Positions 39,738-53,207 of a stretch of DNA of 64,000 bases are shown one piece after another. A program made the translations under genes and the position numbers. Source of the stretch: Octopus bimaculoides (Eukaryota). Location: positions 98,718,410-98,782,409 of the forward strand of contig NC_068982.1 of NCBI RefSeq assembly GCF_001194135.2, given 5' to 3'. The notes beneath the pieces were generated by a model. It worked only from the letters and a program-made list of their open reading frames with translations. It was not told the DNA's origin and ran no database searches. Within the stretch, counting starts at the first letter, position 1; every line of letters starts with the position of its first letter.

Positions 39738-39973
39738 CAAAAGAGAGAGAGCAAGAGAGAGAGAGAGAGAGCAAGAGAGAGAGAGAGCAAGAGAGAGAGA
39801 GAGAGAGAGCAAGAGAGAGCAAGAGAGAGAGAGAGAGCNNNNNNNNNNNNNNNNNNNNNNNNNNNNNNNNNNNNNNNNNNNNNNNNNNNNNNNNNNNNNN
39901 NNNNNNNNNNNNNNNNNNNNNNNNNNNNNNNNNNNNNNNNNNNNNNNNNNNNNNNNNNNNNNNNNNNNNNNNN

Positions 39974-40029
<56 letters not shown>

Positions 40030-41206
40030 GAATTGACTCCAGTACAGGACTGGTACATTATTTATCGATCTCAAAAGGATAAAGGGTAAAGTTAACCTAC
40101 AAGCAATTTGAACTCAGAGAAGAGAGAGCCAGAAGGAAATGATTACTGTAAAACAATCTATCTTCAGTTCTAATAATTCTGCTAATCTGCCACATAAATA
40201 ATATAAGCATGAACAATTGATTTTGAAGATACATAAGGAAAATAAAGATAAATAAGAGATGATGAGAAGGATGGTGGCTGCAGCAGTGACAATGACAATG
40301 ATGACACTATGTAAAAAGAAAAATATTCAAAGCAACTTTTAAAGTACCTTTTGACAACTCTATGTAAATCAAATAAGGAACTATGCCTTTGAATACCTTC
40401 CAGATAACAGTAGAGTAACTTCACTGACATGACAATAAAAACAGCCAATCAAAAACGAAATATCAATTAGTTGTCATAAGTTAATATTCTCCACAGTACA
40501 GCAGTACTTATAATATGATTTACCTTGGAAGATTCTTCAAGCTGTTTTCCTACAGTTTCTACCAGAGAAACTAATTCGTCGATTTCTGTGTCTGCTGTGA
40601 TAAGACCAAACTTCACACATGCAATATTATCTGCACACTGTCCTAAATTAAAGAATAATAAGTTAATTATGGCAGCAAAAATTCCCATATGAGGACCACA
40701 GAAATGCAATCAGAAACACAGACAAAACTGATAGGTTTTACAGAATCAAAATGAAGAAAGCAAGTTAACAATACACATATTTGTATATGTGTGGGGCAGT
40801 TGCATGTATACATGCTAGCATCCAGGCACACACATGGGCACACTAAACACATACAAACACATATATACACACACACACACACAGCTTTTCACTCAATCTA
40901 CTGATCTTGATTGACAGCAAAAGGTCCATCTGCCTTTACCATGTCACAGTAAGCTCCCTCTGATGACTATACACCATCAGCGAGAAAAGAAAAAAACATG
41001 CAAATATGTTGTATATTCTGTGACATGTTTGTGTGTGTGAGTGTGTCATATAACAATGGACTGACACTCATCCAGCCTGTACCAATAATGGAGGAACAGG
41101 CATCGGATACAAAGAAAAAAAACGAAAGACACAAAAATATACATTCATACCAACATACATACAGGTGTGTGTGTGTATATATATATACACACACTTATAT
41201 ATGTAA

Positions 41207-41260
<54 letters not shown>

Positions 41261-41359
41261 GTGTGTGTATGTATATATGCTTCTATATATAAATATATAC
41301 ATATATATATACCTATATATGTAAATATATACATAGATATATATATACCTATATATATG

Positions 41360-41402
<43 letters not shown>

Positions 41403-41561
41403 TTATATATGTAAATAGATATATATGTATATATACACACTTATATACATGTATATATACGTATATATATATATATATATGCTTATATATATTTATATGC
41501 TTATATATATTTACATACTTATATATATTTACATATATATATACTTATATAAGTGTATATA

Positions 41562-41608
<47 letters not shown>

Positions 41609-43304
41609 TTATATACACATATATATATGTTTATATAGTCAATTTCAACATGAACAAGCAAGAAAAACACAAAAAAACAACGCAAGGACGTGGAATAAGT
41701 ACAGTGTTATTGGACGCTCAGGAAAGGAAAGAAAAGAAAGAGGGTTTAACGTTTCAATCGGAGATTTTCGTCAGAAATATAGGAAAAGTCCAAAGAAGGG
41801 AAGACAGAGAAAGAAAATCGCCAATGATGCACACGTGGTCACATATTGGAATGACCGGAAGGGAAAGGGTGGAGAAAAAGTTCTTTTCAAAGACAGGAGA
41901 GTGCAAGGGAAGGTATGTGTGAGTGTGTGTGTGTGTGTGAGTGTGTGTGTGTAATGATAGCACGTATGTGTGTGTGTGTAGTTGTGGTTGTTTATGTATG
42001 TGTGTGGTTGGACCGTTAAGGTCATAGGAAGAATTTGTAGTAAGAATTGGTAGAAGTGGCTGCCTGTTGTGTGTCTACCTACACATGTGCATAGGAGAAT
42101 GGTCAGTAGAAAGGTACTGGTATTTTGAAGTGTGTGTGTGTGTGTACATATATGTAGTGTGTGTGTTTTGTTTCCAGTGTGCGTGTGTGTATGTATGTGT
42201 GTACGTGTGGGTATATATGGATGTGTATGTACGTGTGGGTATGTGTGTGTGCGTGAGGTTGTATTTGTGGAGTAATTATACTTTACTGTGTGTGTGTGTG
42301 TGTTTGTGCGTGTGTGCTTGTATGTGCGTGTGTGTGTGTGTGTACATGTATGTATAATTGTGTGCGTGTATGTATGAGTGTGTACTGTGTGTGTATGGGA
42401 GGTGTGTGCGTGTGTATATACACAGGGTGCAGCGAATATATTGTCGTCTAAATTACGAAAAAATGAAAATAACACTGACATCTCGTTTTAACAGATATAT
42501 TTACCAAAATTACATAAAAATATCTTGAAATACTAAAGAGTAAATTTATTCATTAAAAGCACCACTGACTTCAACCATGACCTCCAGACGACTTCGTAAT
42601 CCCCTGCGACTCTCTTGGACGGTCTCCTTGTTTAAGTTGGTGAATGCTGCCATAATTCTTCCCTTGAGTTCATCTTTGATGTTACAAGGAGCTTTGTTGG
42701 TCTCTCGCTCAACTGCGCCCCACACATAATAACGAAGGGGGTCGCAGTCTGGGGAGTGAGGTGGCCAGACGTTAGGGGTGATGTGGTTGCAGAAATTGTC
42801 TGACAGCCATGACTGGATTCTCCTGCTTGTGTGGCATGGTGCAGGGTCCTGTTGCCAAACACAGGATCTTCTAGCACCCACATTCTTGATCCAGGGCAAC
42901 ACTACCTCCTCTAGGCACTTGATATAGGCCTCTGTGTTGAGTCTGAGGCTGTGTGGGAAGATGAATGGAGGCATAACGTCGCCATCACTATTGATAACTC
43001 CAAACACCATGATGTTGGCTGGATGTTTGATTTTTACCACTCTCAGTACATGTCTTCAGATTGTACTGTCCTCAAATTGACACCCAAACACTCTGAAATG
43101 CTTGTATTGGAGCTTCTGGTATGAATGCCAAGCAGTACAGCATGTTGTTTCCAAATTTCTGGCAGAGTGAAATGTGACATGGTACTGTTTTTCTCACAGA
43201 CGTCCCCAACTAGCCCTACTATAGTATGTAGTTGACAAAATCAAAAACAAACAATGCACATGCATAAAATTAAAAATATAAAATGGCGACAATTTACCCA
43301 TCGC

Positions 43305-43376
<72 letters not shown>

Positions 43377-46369
43377 ATATATATATTAAATGTTATGTGT
43401 GTGTGTTTGTTTCTTCATATGTATGATCATGTATCAACATTTATGACGTTATTGACCACATCATGCCAACCTGAATTAGATTCATAAAAAGTATTAACCA
43501 TCTAAAGAGACTTAAAATATATACACATATTTGTGAAATGATTACTCTAAAAACATGAAGTAAAAAAAAAAAGTGTGTGGGAGGATGGTAAGAGTGGGTC
43601 TGTAACCATAAACAACATTTAGATGATTGCTGTCAAAAAATTAACTCCAATATTTACCAAGTGAGAATGCACTATCGGTAGATTTCAGTTTGTGAACCAA
43701 TTCAATATTTAATGTATTGATATCATTTTTTCCATTTTCTGGTAACTCTGCGAGTTTTTCTGACCAACTGGCTGGAATATATCTGTTTAGATGGAATACA
43801 GAAAAATGAAAATAATTACTAATGTTTTCTTCATGTCAAAATAGTTATGAGAAAATGTTATCAGAAGCATGAATGGTAGTGCCAGATAACAATTTGGGGT
43901 GTTTTTGCTTTTTTTTTTTTGGTTTTTTTTTTTTTTTATGTGTGGAACAATAAGACATTTTAAATGCTAAACAGATCCCAGATGACTTTAGTTTGACAAG
44001 ATGTAATGTTATTGATGCTGTTGTTATGCAGCAGTCATTTGATTAAGGTCAAGGCACCAAAAATAAAAAATATATAAAATGAAAAAAAGAAAAAAACAAT
44101 TGTATGCTTGATTTATTAATAATATTAATTCAATATTCTTCATTCTCAGTGGGGGATTAGACTTTGATAATTGCTTGCAATTTATTCTAGTTTAGGGTCA
44201 TATGTTGGACTCCAATGACCTACAAAATCAACATAATAGATATTGACTGACAGCAGTTAGTACTGAATGCCTTGTTCACTGTATATCTACATAATTACGA
44301 TAACAAGAGCACTTTGTAATAAAAATGCAAAAAAATCTTTAAAACTACTTATAATTTCAAGAATAAACAAATTACATGCGATTTATTGAAAATTTCCAGG
44401 TGGTTTTTAGGAAGTTTCAGGGAAAATTTCAAGAATGGTAAATAAAAGCGAAGACAATATCTCCAATTAAGAAAGGAACTCTGACAAAGAGAAAAAAAGA
44501 AGAAAAAAAATGTACCTTATGGCACCTAAACCAGCATAGCCTTCCATTTCAATCAACATCAAATTTTCACAATTAGCAACAATATTTTGAAACTGTTTTC
44601 TCTGTGACACAGTAGCATCAAGAATAGCCTATGGTGGACAGGAAAGACATTTACAATTAATAGTAATGAAAGAGAAATGGGATCAAAACATCTCAGACAG
44701 CAATACAATATAAAAGTTTACTGCTAATGAAATTTTTGCCTCTAACCTTTACTACATGGGAACTCAGTATATTTGGTTCTGTGTGTGTGTGCAGTTGAAA
44801 TACAGGAACCAAGTTAACTCGTTTTTGATAGTGAAATACTTTGCAGGATTCTCCCCATTTCATATGACCTAGTTATTATTTGTATACATAACTTGGGGGT
44901 GTTATGTACACAATTCAGTCAATTTTAATAATTCAGTATTTGCATATTCACACACAAAAGTTTAATCAGCACAGTGAGGGTTAATCTCCTTGGAGTAAAC
45001 AAATTAAACAAATTATAAACCAATAAGAGAAGAGTATCCTAGATCTTCTTCACTGCTTGTGAAAAGAAGCAGTGAAGAAGATCTAGGATACTCTTCTCTT
45101 ATTGGATACAGTTTCTGACACTAATAGTTTATAACAAATATTATCATATAAGAATTGGGAAAAAAATCATGAATGGTAATTAAAATTTACTTCTTTTTTT
45201 TTTTTACACCAATATATCATTTTATAACTAATGTTTTTTTTTTAATTCCAGTATTTGTGCTTTTGTTGGGGCCACTGACAATCACTAACCACTAACAGAA
45301 AAATAGGTTTAGAAACTGTTTGTAAGCCAGCAATCTGATGCAAGTAGAATTTATTCAGGAATACAATACAACAGCTGTAACAGTAAGACTGAACCAATGA
45401 TAGAGACATCAGTAGTGCAATTCTTTAACCTTACTGTCATCATAATTCATGAGGATAAAATGTTCCAGGGTAGATTATCAACTATCATTATTATTACAAG
45501 ATTACCCACTCCCAATGCTTGCTTTTAGTTTTGTTATTGTTGAAAATGCATGTATCAGAGAAAATTATAACTTTAACACCCTAAGAGATGCTTCAACAAT
45601 TTCTCTTCACTATTCTCTCAATCAAGAAAGCTACTTTTTGGTATTCTATGTACTTTTCCCTCTGTCTCTACTCTGTCATTATGATCTTGAAAATTGGGCA
45701 GAAAGGAAATACATAGCCAAAGCTGCATAACAGTTAGGTAATGTGGGCAAACTACATTTACAGGGGAATTTGGATACATATCTATGGTTATTCGTATGTT
45801 AAAAAAAATTATCTAGATGGATAAGATTTCTTGGAATTGGATAATTTGAAACAAATTAAAAAAAAAAAAACAGGTTTAAACACTAATTTAGTGATCCTTG
45901 AGATTTGGATACCACTTCCATTTTTGTCTCTCAGATTAAAATTATATTGTTTGGTGGATAGTGAATTCTGAAGTCATACCCAATTTTTTTCTTTTTTTTG
46001 GTCATGGGCTTAAGAATTAACATTCTTGCTATTTCTATGGTTACACACACACAATACACTCACTTATGAAATGATGATAGTATATTTATATATATACTCA
46101 CAGACATACATGTATATTAATGTATGCATACATGTAAGCATCCTTATCATTTTTAACATCCACTTTTCCATACTCACATGGATAGGACAGAATTTGCTGA
46201 GGTGAATTTTCTACAGCCAGATGCCCTCATCTGTTTCCAAGTAAGGTAACATTTCCCAGACATCTTTTCACAGAATATTGAGAATGAAGGACATTGCTTC
46301 CATGATGGTGACACTCGTTTACATCTACTATGTGATGTCAAGGCAAGGAGACAGTAATACAGTAATACA

Positions 46370-46403
<34 letters not shown>

Positions 46404-49400
46404 CATATAAGATGAGCTTCTTTCAGTCTACTGAATCCACTCAAAAGGCTTTGTTCAGCGGAATTTGAACTCAGAATGCGAAGACAGATAAAATGCTGCT
46501 ATGCATTTTGGCCAGCATGCTAATGATTCTGCCAGCTCACCACCTCACCATAGAGAAATATTACTTTGCTTGGAGCCAGGGGAGAGTTGACAACAAGAGA
46601 ATCTGGCCTTAGAATCTCTACCTCAATGAATTTTGTCTGACTCATGCAAGAATGCCAATATGGACATTCAAATGAAGATCACATTTGATGTTATATACTA
46701 AATTGTTCCGCACTCTCTTCCTTCTAATCATCAATTATTTATTTGCCACTACATCCAACAATTTTTACACAGATGACATTACTTTTATTCTTCTGTAACA
46801 TTCCCCAGTTATGCATCATCTACTCACTACCGAGATACTACATATCAAACCCACACTGAACGAAGACTTTGAAAGCATCCTCCAAAGGAGATATGGCAAT
46901 TTGACTCTTTCAACAGCAAGGAAATATAAATACTACTTCATATCAAGAAAATATCATTGCACCACACACTTCTTAACCATGAGCATCATGCAACAAGAAA
47001 CTTCACAAACACTCCAAATACTGGCCCTCACCATCACCAAGGATCTCTGCTGGTAAATGCACAACCTTAACTTAAGCTTAGACTACATCCTAGCTGGCAC
47101 TTCTCTTTAAGGCCAGAAGACACTTCAGTCTCCAGCAATTACTGGCATTCAACAAAACTCAGGTAAGGCCCACAATGAAGTATTGCCCCCACATCTGAGA
47201 CAGTGCTGTTGCAACTGTTGCACACATAGACATCCTAGACCACATCTACAAAAGGGTCACGCAAGAGATTGGCATAAAGTTAATTACAGACATTTTTCAG
47301 CCTCTAATCCATAGATGTGCTGTCTCTTCTTTCTGCCTTTTCTACCACAAATATAATAAGAGGCTAGGTTCCAATGCACTCCCACTCAGGCATTCACTAT
47401 CCATTTGTCTCTCTTCTCATCCTCATTTGTGCCTAATTCCTCAGGCGCCACAGAAATCACTATGCCCAGTCCTTCTTTCCCAGAGCCATATCCCTCTGAA
47501 ACTCTCTTCCTGCTCATATATTTCCTGTAGGTGTTGACTTGCAATGTTTCAAGAAGAATATTAATGGCAACACTCTCACCAGTCTCACAGGGTCTGTGAA
47601 AACCACGGATATCAACAATTCCCCAAACCCAACAAGTAAAAGAAAAAACTCTACAGTCATTAATAGTAACAGATATAACAGTAAAATGTTGACAACTACA
47701 TCATCCTTTGCATATCTTAATAAGCAAACTTCTTTCCCTACCCTACTCACAATTCTTTATGCAAACTTCATGCACTGAATTCTTTACCCACGTTTCATCC
47801 ACCCAATGCACCTATCTCTCTTCTTATCACCCTCTCCAATGCATTTACCTCCACTTCTTCAGTTCACACGCTAAATACTTAAATAATTTCTGTAATTATA
47901 TCCATATCTAAATGGCGGTGCCCCAGCATGGCCACAGCTCATGAGCTGAAACTAGATAAAATGAAAAAAAAAATGAGAAATACTACCAACAAAAAAAAAA
48001 CAAAAAAACGCAAGAATTCTGCATTCTGGAATTCTTTCCCCATTCACATTTTTTTAAAGACTTCAAACTGAATCTGACCTGTCTGAGAGAACCAGCACAG
48101 ATCTTTAGCTCTCTCTCTCTCTCTCTCTCTTTTTCTCTTTCTCTCTCTTTTTCTCTCTCTCTCTCTTTCTCCCTTCTCTCTCACTAATTAAAAAGAAAAA
48201 CAAATATTCAAAAACATATGTAAATCTGATTGAACGTACAGTCTGTGTTTGAAGGGACAAAATGAAGTCTTCAACAGCTTCCTCAGTTGTTCCAGACACT
48301 GAAAATCAAAAGAAGACAACCAGATATTCAGACATGAACTTGGGGAATTCAGACTTAAGATAACATTAAACTACTGGCTGTAGGCTCAACAGGTAGTGGT
48401 TGCATCCACAACCTGGTAGTGTGCAAGAGCTTCCTAACTTTTAATGGCTCACTCCACCAAACAGTAAACAAGTAGCATGTGATACTAAAACAGATAAAGC
48501 TCACTTATATGAGCAGAGAGAACACAGCTACAAGAAGCAAATGCTTTGTTAACCGGAAATATTAACTTCAAGTGCTTCTATGGACCTGGATAATTGCATA
48601 AATTCATGTAGACAATCACCTGTAAGATTACCCAGAATAGTTAACTCAACAATGACTTTTTTTTTATATGAAAGCAATTTATTAAACAAAGGTTTTTTTA
48701 TGTGAAAGTTGAGGATCAAGATTGTTCTCTCAATATAACAGATGAGTGTTGGTAGCCACAGCCTATAAGTTTGAAACTTGTCAAACTTGACATAAATTGC
48801 AACAATTCTCCTGCATCATTGATCCCAGAAAACTAATATCTAACTCTCAAGAATTCTGTAAATACACCATGTCAAGAAATGTCTGATCACATTAAAACAT
48901 TTTTCTCTTCTTTACAAAATTCAGTCTGCTTATCATATACATTCATATTTTACAGTGACTTGAAACATTTTTCAAGAACACATAGACTATAATCAGAATG
49001 TTAAGCATGCAATTCCATCTACCTGTGATATTGTCATTACAGAAAAAAATTTGACCATGCATGTAACTGTAATGTCCAGCCACCAAACTGTTGTTAATGT
49101 AGCAACCTTTGATTTGCCAATCAACTATACTGAGAAGCCTAAATCCCCTTCGGTCAAAAACATTGGGGTTGAATGTGGATAAGCGTTTTCTTGACATTAA
49201 AAACTAAATGTCAAAGACTTGCACAGACTATCATAGATCATAATTTCAGAAAGAAGAATAAATATTGTTTATTAAGCTCCCAAGTTCCATGATAACAAAA
49301 GAAAAAAATCTGACCTTGTGCAGTTTCTATAGGAGAGAACCGAATACAAACTCCTTTGTCAACAATAGCAGCTGTAATAGCAAGCTGTGGATTTTCTCTG

Positions 49401-52400
49401 GATAATAAATCAGCCAGCTGAAAATAAAGACACTAAATAAGTGCTTCATATATTCAAAATGATGATACTAAAATCCTACCGAAGGAAAACTGCAAAGAAA
49501 TTAACAATACTGGTTTGTTGGTGGTTTCTGTGATTAACACTTTGTTCTGCCCTTAAGGAAAGTACATTATTCGACTTATCTCAGTCTACTTAGCTGGAAA
49601 TTAGACAACTTTCTCAATATGAGATAAGCCTACAGAGGCCAAACAAAATTCCAATTTTGATGTCAGTTTTTAAACACTTTCTGCAATAATTCAATCAAAA
49701 GTAAGAATTTGCAGAACTATCCTACGTGTCACATATAGCATAGAGAAAAAAGATGTAAAAGCAAATATTCAGATATAAAAAGCTGCAAAGGAAGCAGAAC
49801 ATTGGAATTAATATACAAGAGTTTTTTTTTAAGAATAAAACTGAATTCAATTAGATTTTAGAAATATTTTGAGAGCATTTGAAAGACAAAAAATCTGTTA
49901 AATTTACTTTCCGTTTATTTATTGAGGCATAAAAGTTTTCAGTTTATGACTGCAACATGATCACTGACTTACTTTACATGTATTCATATAAATATTTGCT
50001 ATTTATACATACATAGCAAATGAGGTATATATAAAGTCAAGATTAACTATCACGACATATAAAGGAGATAGGGGAAAGGGGGGAAAATGAAAGAAAAAAA
50101 GGAAGGTAGAAAGGGGAAGGGAAAAGAAACAATACATACAAATTGCTAAACAGAAAGAAAGAACAGACCTTGAAGTGACTGAAAACAACTAGTGTCAAGA
50201 AGTCAAGATCAATCAACATATATACAACAGACCCCCACCCCATATCCAGAATGTCCAACAAGAAAAAAAAAGGAAAAAGATATTTGATGCTGCTAAGAAC
50301 TTGCCATTAACTAAATTTCAAACAGCTACAGTGAGGTTGTGCCAGTGACCAAGTCACACTTGTATGAAGTTTTGACACCCCAAGAAATAAATGAAATGTG
50401 AATTTAACAGGGTCCTTTTGTTTTTTGCTCTCTCTCTCTCTCTCTCTCTTCTTTTTTGTGCGTTGTTTTTTTTTTTTTTTTTTTTTCTTCTTCTTCTTCT
50501 CTTTAGATGGATAACATTGTTCTTCCAAATGCAACTGATTCAGTTTCTGAACAGTTTCAGATCTAATCACGCTAGAGAATTATAATGACAAAATTTAAAA
50601 ACATAATTTTTTTTTTCTCTTTTTTTTTTCGTTTTTTTTTTTTTTGTTAAGACAACCTATCAACTTCAAAATTTGTTCTAAAATTTTTTTTATTTACATG
50701 CTTGAAAAAGAGTGGTGGCAGCCAGATGGTGAGAAGTAAGGATAATAGAACACAGGCAATATGGTTTATGATACACTCAGAGTTTCATAATGATGTAGGA
50801 ATGGGTTAAGGCTGAGAAAAATGCTTAATATAAGGACAGTAAATATGATGAAAAAAGAGGCAAGTACATCAAAATTTCTGACAGACATGCGTAAAAGATA
50901 TCTAATAAGAGTGATCACAATATTGAAGTAAATGAACTTTCTTGGTCAATCACTGATGTATTACATTAAGACATATTTAAAGTCTATTAAAAATGAAATA
51001 CTGTATTTACTCGTGTATAAGTCGCACTCTAATTTAGTGTTAGATATGGTTACAATTTTTTTTCTCTTTCATAGGTTTGGCTTAGCCGCATCCTAGTTTT
51101 TTCAGTTAAAATCAAATAAAATAGTGCGATTTACATACGAGTAGGTATGGGTAATATCAATTGTTAAGGGAGGTAACTCAATTATCTCATAAATTACTTT
51201 CAATGAAATGCGACATTATGCAAAACGGATCACGTTTTGGTTTCAATAACATAAAAGAATTGCTCGTTTTTGCATCATTAATGTTTTACCATAGAACTAT
51301 ATATGAATGTTTTAACTTCCTGCACTCCATCTGCAGATAAAATGAAGTTACAACTACGTACATTGTCTTGCAAGAAACTTCTTTGGTAGCAAATGATCGG
51401 ATTTTTTTAATAATCTTTACATAAAGAATGCTTTGAAAATACAGCATGTGTTTTCGCTAGTGGGGATCTATTTGCATTAAATATGAGCGAGAGAAGGAGG
51501 GAGAGGGGGGAGTGCGTGCGCGCTTTTCAAATGTGTTTACGATCCAGGGAAATAACTCTTGTCAACTGCTTAAACTTTATAGAGTGCAGATCATAAATTT
51601 TATTCCCTTTAATAGCTTTACTCATTAGACTTCAGTCATAATGGAATATCATCTTTACAAGCCTTTTTTAGTTGATATTCATAGGACCTACTTCAATCTA
51701 GTACTTATTTTATCATTTTCCATTTGGCGAGAGGCAATTTATTTTTTTTTGACACCAGTCGGGGTTTTTTAACTAGAGCAAGAGCATCACATACCGACGG
51801 GGGCACACATAACAAGCTTTCACAGTTTCTAGGTGCCAAATTTCACACACAAGGCCTTGGTCAACTTAAGACTATTAAAGAAGACACTTACTGTGTCATG
51901 CAGTGGGATAAAAGCCTGAAACCATGAGATTGCAAATCAAACCTCTACACCAGTAGACATGCATGCATATCATCATCATTTAACATCTGTCTTCATGCTG
52001 GCATGAGTTGGACAGTTTGACTGAAAACCGATAAGGTGGGGAGCTTTGGCAGGATTTCTATGGCTGGATGCCCTTCCTAACGTCAACCACTCCAAAATTG
52101 TAGTGGGTGCTCTTTATGTGCCACTGACAGGGGTGCCAGTTACATAACACCAGCATCAGCCACGACTGTGATCTCACGTGACTTAACAGGTCTTATTCAA
52201 ATATGAGATCAAAGCAGCTCAAGGGATATAAGCAATATTAAACACACATACACAAGGTAAGTGTTTTGCTAGTTTGTGGGTAGGTTGTGCTAATAGACAT
52301 AAGAGAATATGTTCTCTTTAACACACTTGGTGTTAAAATGCCTGAATGTCATAGACAAGCAATATAACTTGCATCAGAGCCCATTCAGAAACAGTAGACA

Positions 52401-52756
52401 TCAATGTTTCATTTTTGTGATTTGTCAATACCACATACCCAAAATGAGGCCTGATGCAAGCCACAGTGATTTACCTTGCATCGATGCCTGATGCAAGCTA
52501 AATTGTTGTTCATGTTTACAGATATTTTAGTATGCATCGGGTCTTGTTGAGCAATGTGGTATTGACAAGTCACAAAAAAGACGAAATATTTATTGCTTCT
52601 GAAAGAGTTCTGATGCCAGTTACCTTGTTTGAATATGACTTCCAGGTGTTTTAACACAAGGGGCATTGAAGAGAATATAATCTCTTATGCCTATAAGCAC
52701 AGTCTACCCACAGACTAGCAAAACACATACCTTGTGTGTGTGTGTGCTCGCTCGCT

Positions 52757-52834
<78 letters not shown>

Positions 52835-53144
52835 NNNNNNNNNNNNNNNNNNNNNNNNNNNNNNNNNNNNNNNNNNNNNNNNNNNNNNNNNNNNNNNNNN
52901 NNNNNNNNNNNNNNNNNNNNNNNNNNNNNNNNNNNNNNNNNNNNNNNNNNNNNNNNNNNNNNNNNNNNNNNNNNNNNNNNNNNNNNNNNNNNNNNNNNNN
53001 NNNNNNNNNNNNNNNNNNNNNNNNNNNNNNNNNNNNNNNNNNNNNNNNNNNNNNNNNNNNNNNNNNNNNNNNNNNNNNNNNNNNNNNNNNNNNNNNNNNN
53101 NNNNNNNNNNNNNNNNNNNNNNNNNNNNNNNNNNNNNNNNNNNN

Positions 53145-53207
<63 letters not shown>

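Larger units (their letters stand above)
1064..53144. other. Eight assembly gaps: 1064-1313, 3536-3574, 11446-11593, 17688-17740, 22786-22874, 30612-30650, 39839-39973, 52835-53144
   Basis: N runs, mostly abutting microsatellites, as expected for a short-read scaffold. Confidence 0.99.

Noticed and set aside
49480-49489. Apparent 10-nt microexon or alternative acceptor (tttctttgcag|TTTTCCTTCG|gtagga) upstream of exon 49417
   Set aside because: It would break the phase 0-0 frame, leaves only a 62-nt intron, and read-through hits TGA; not needed for the model.
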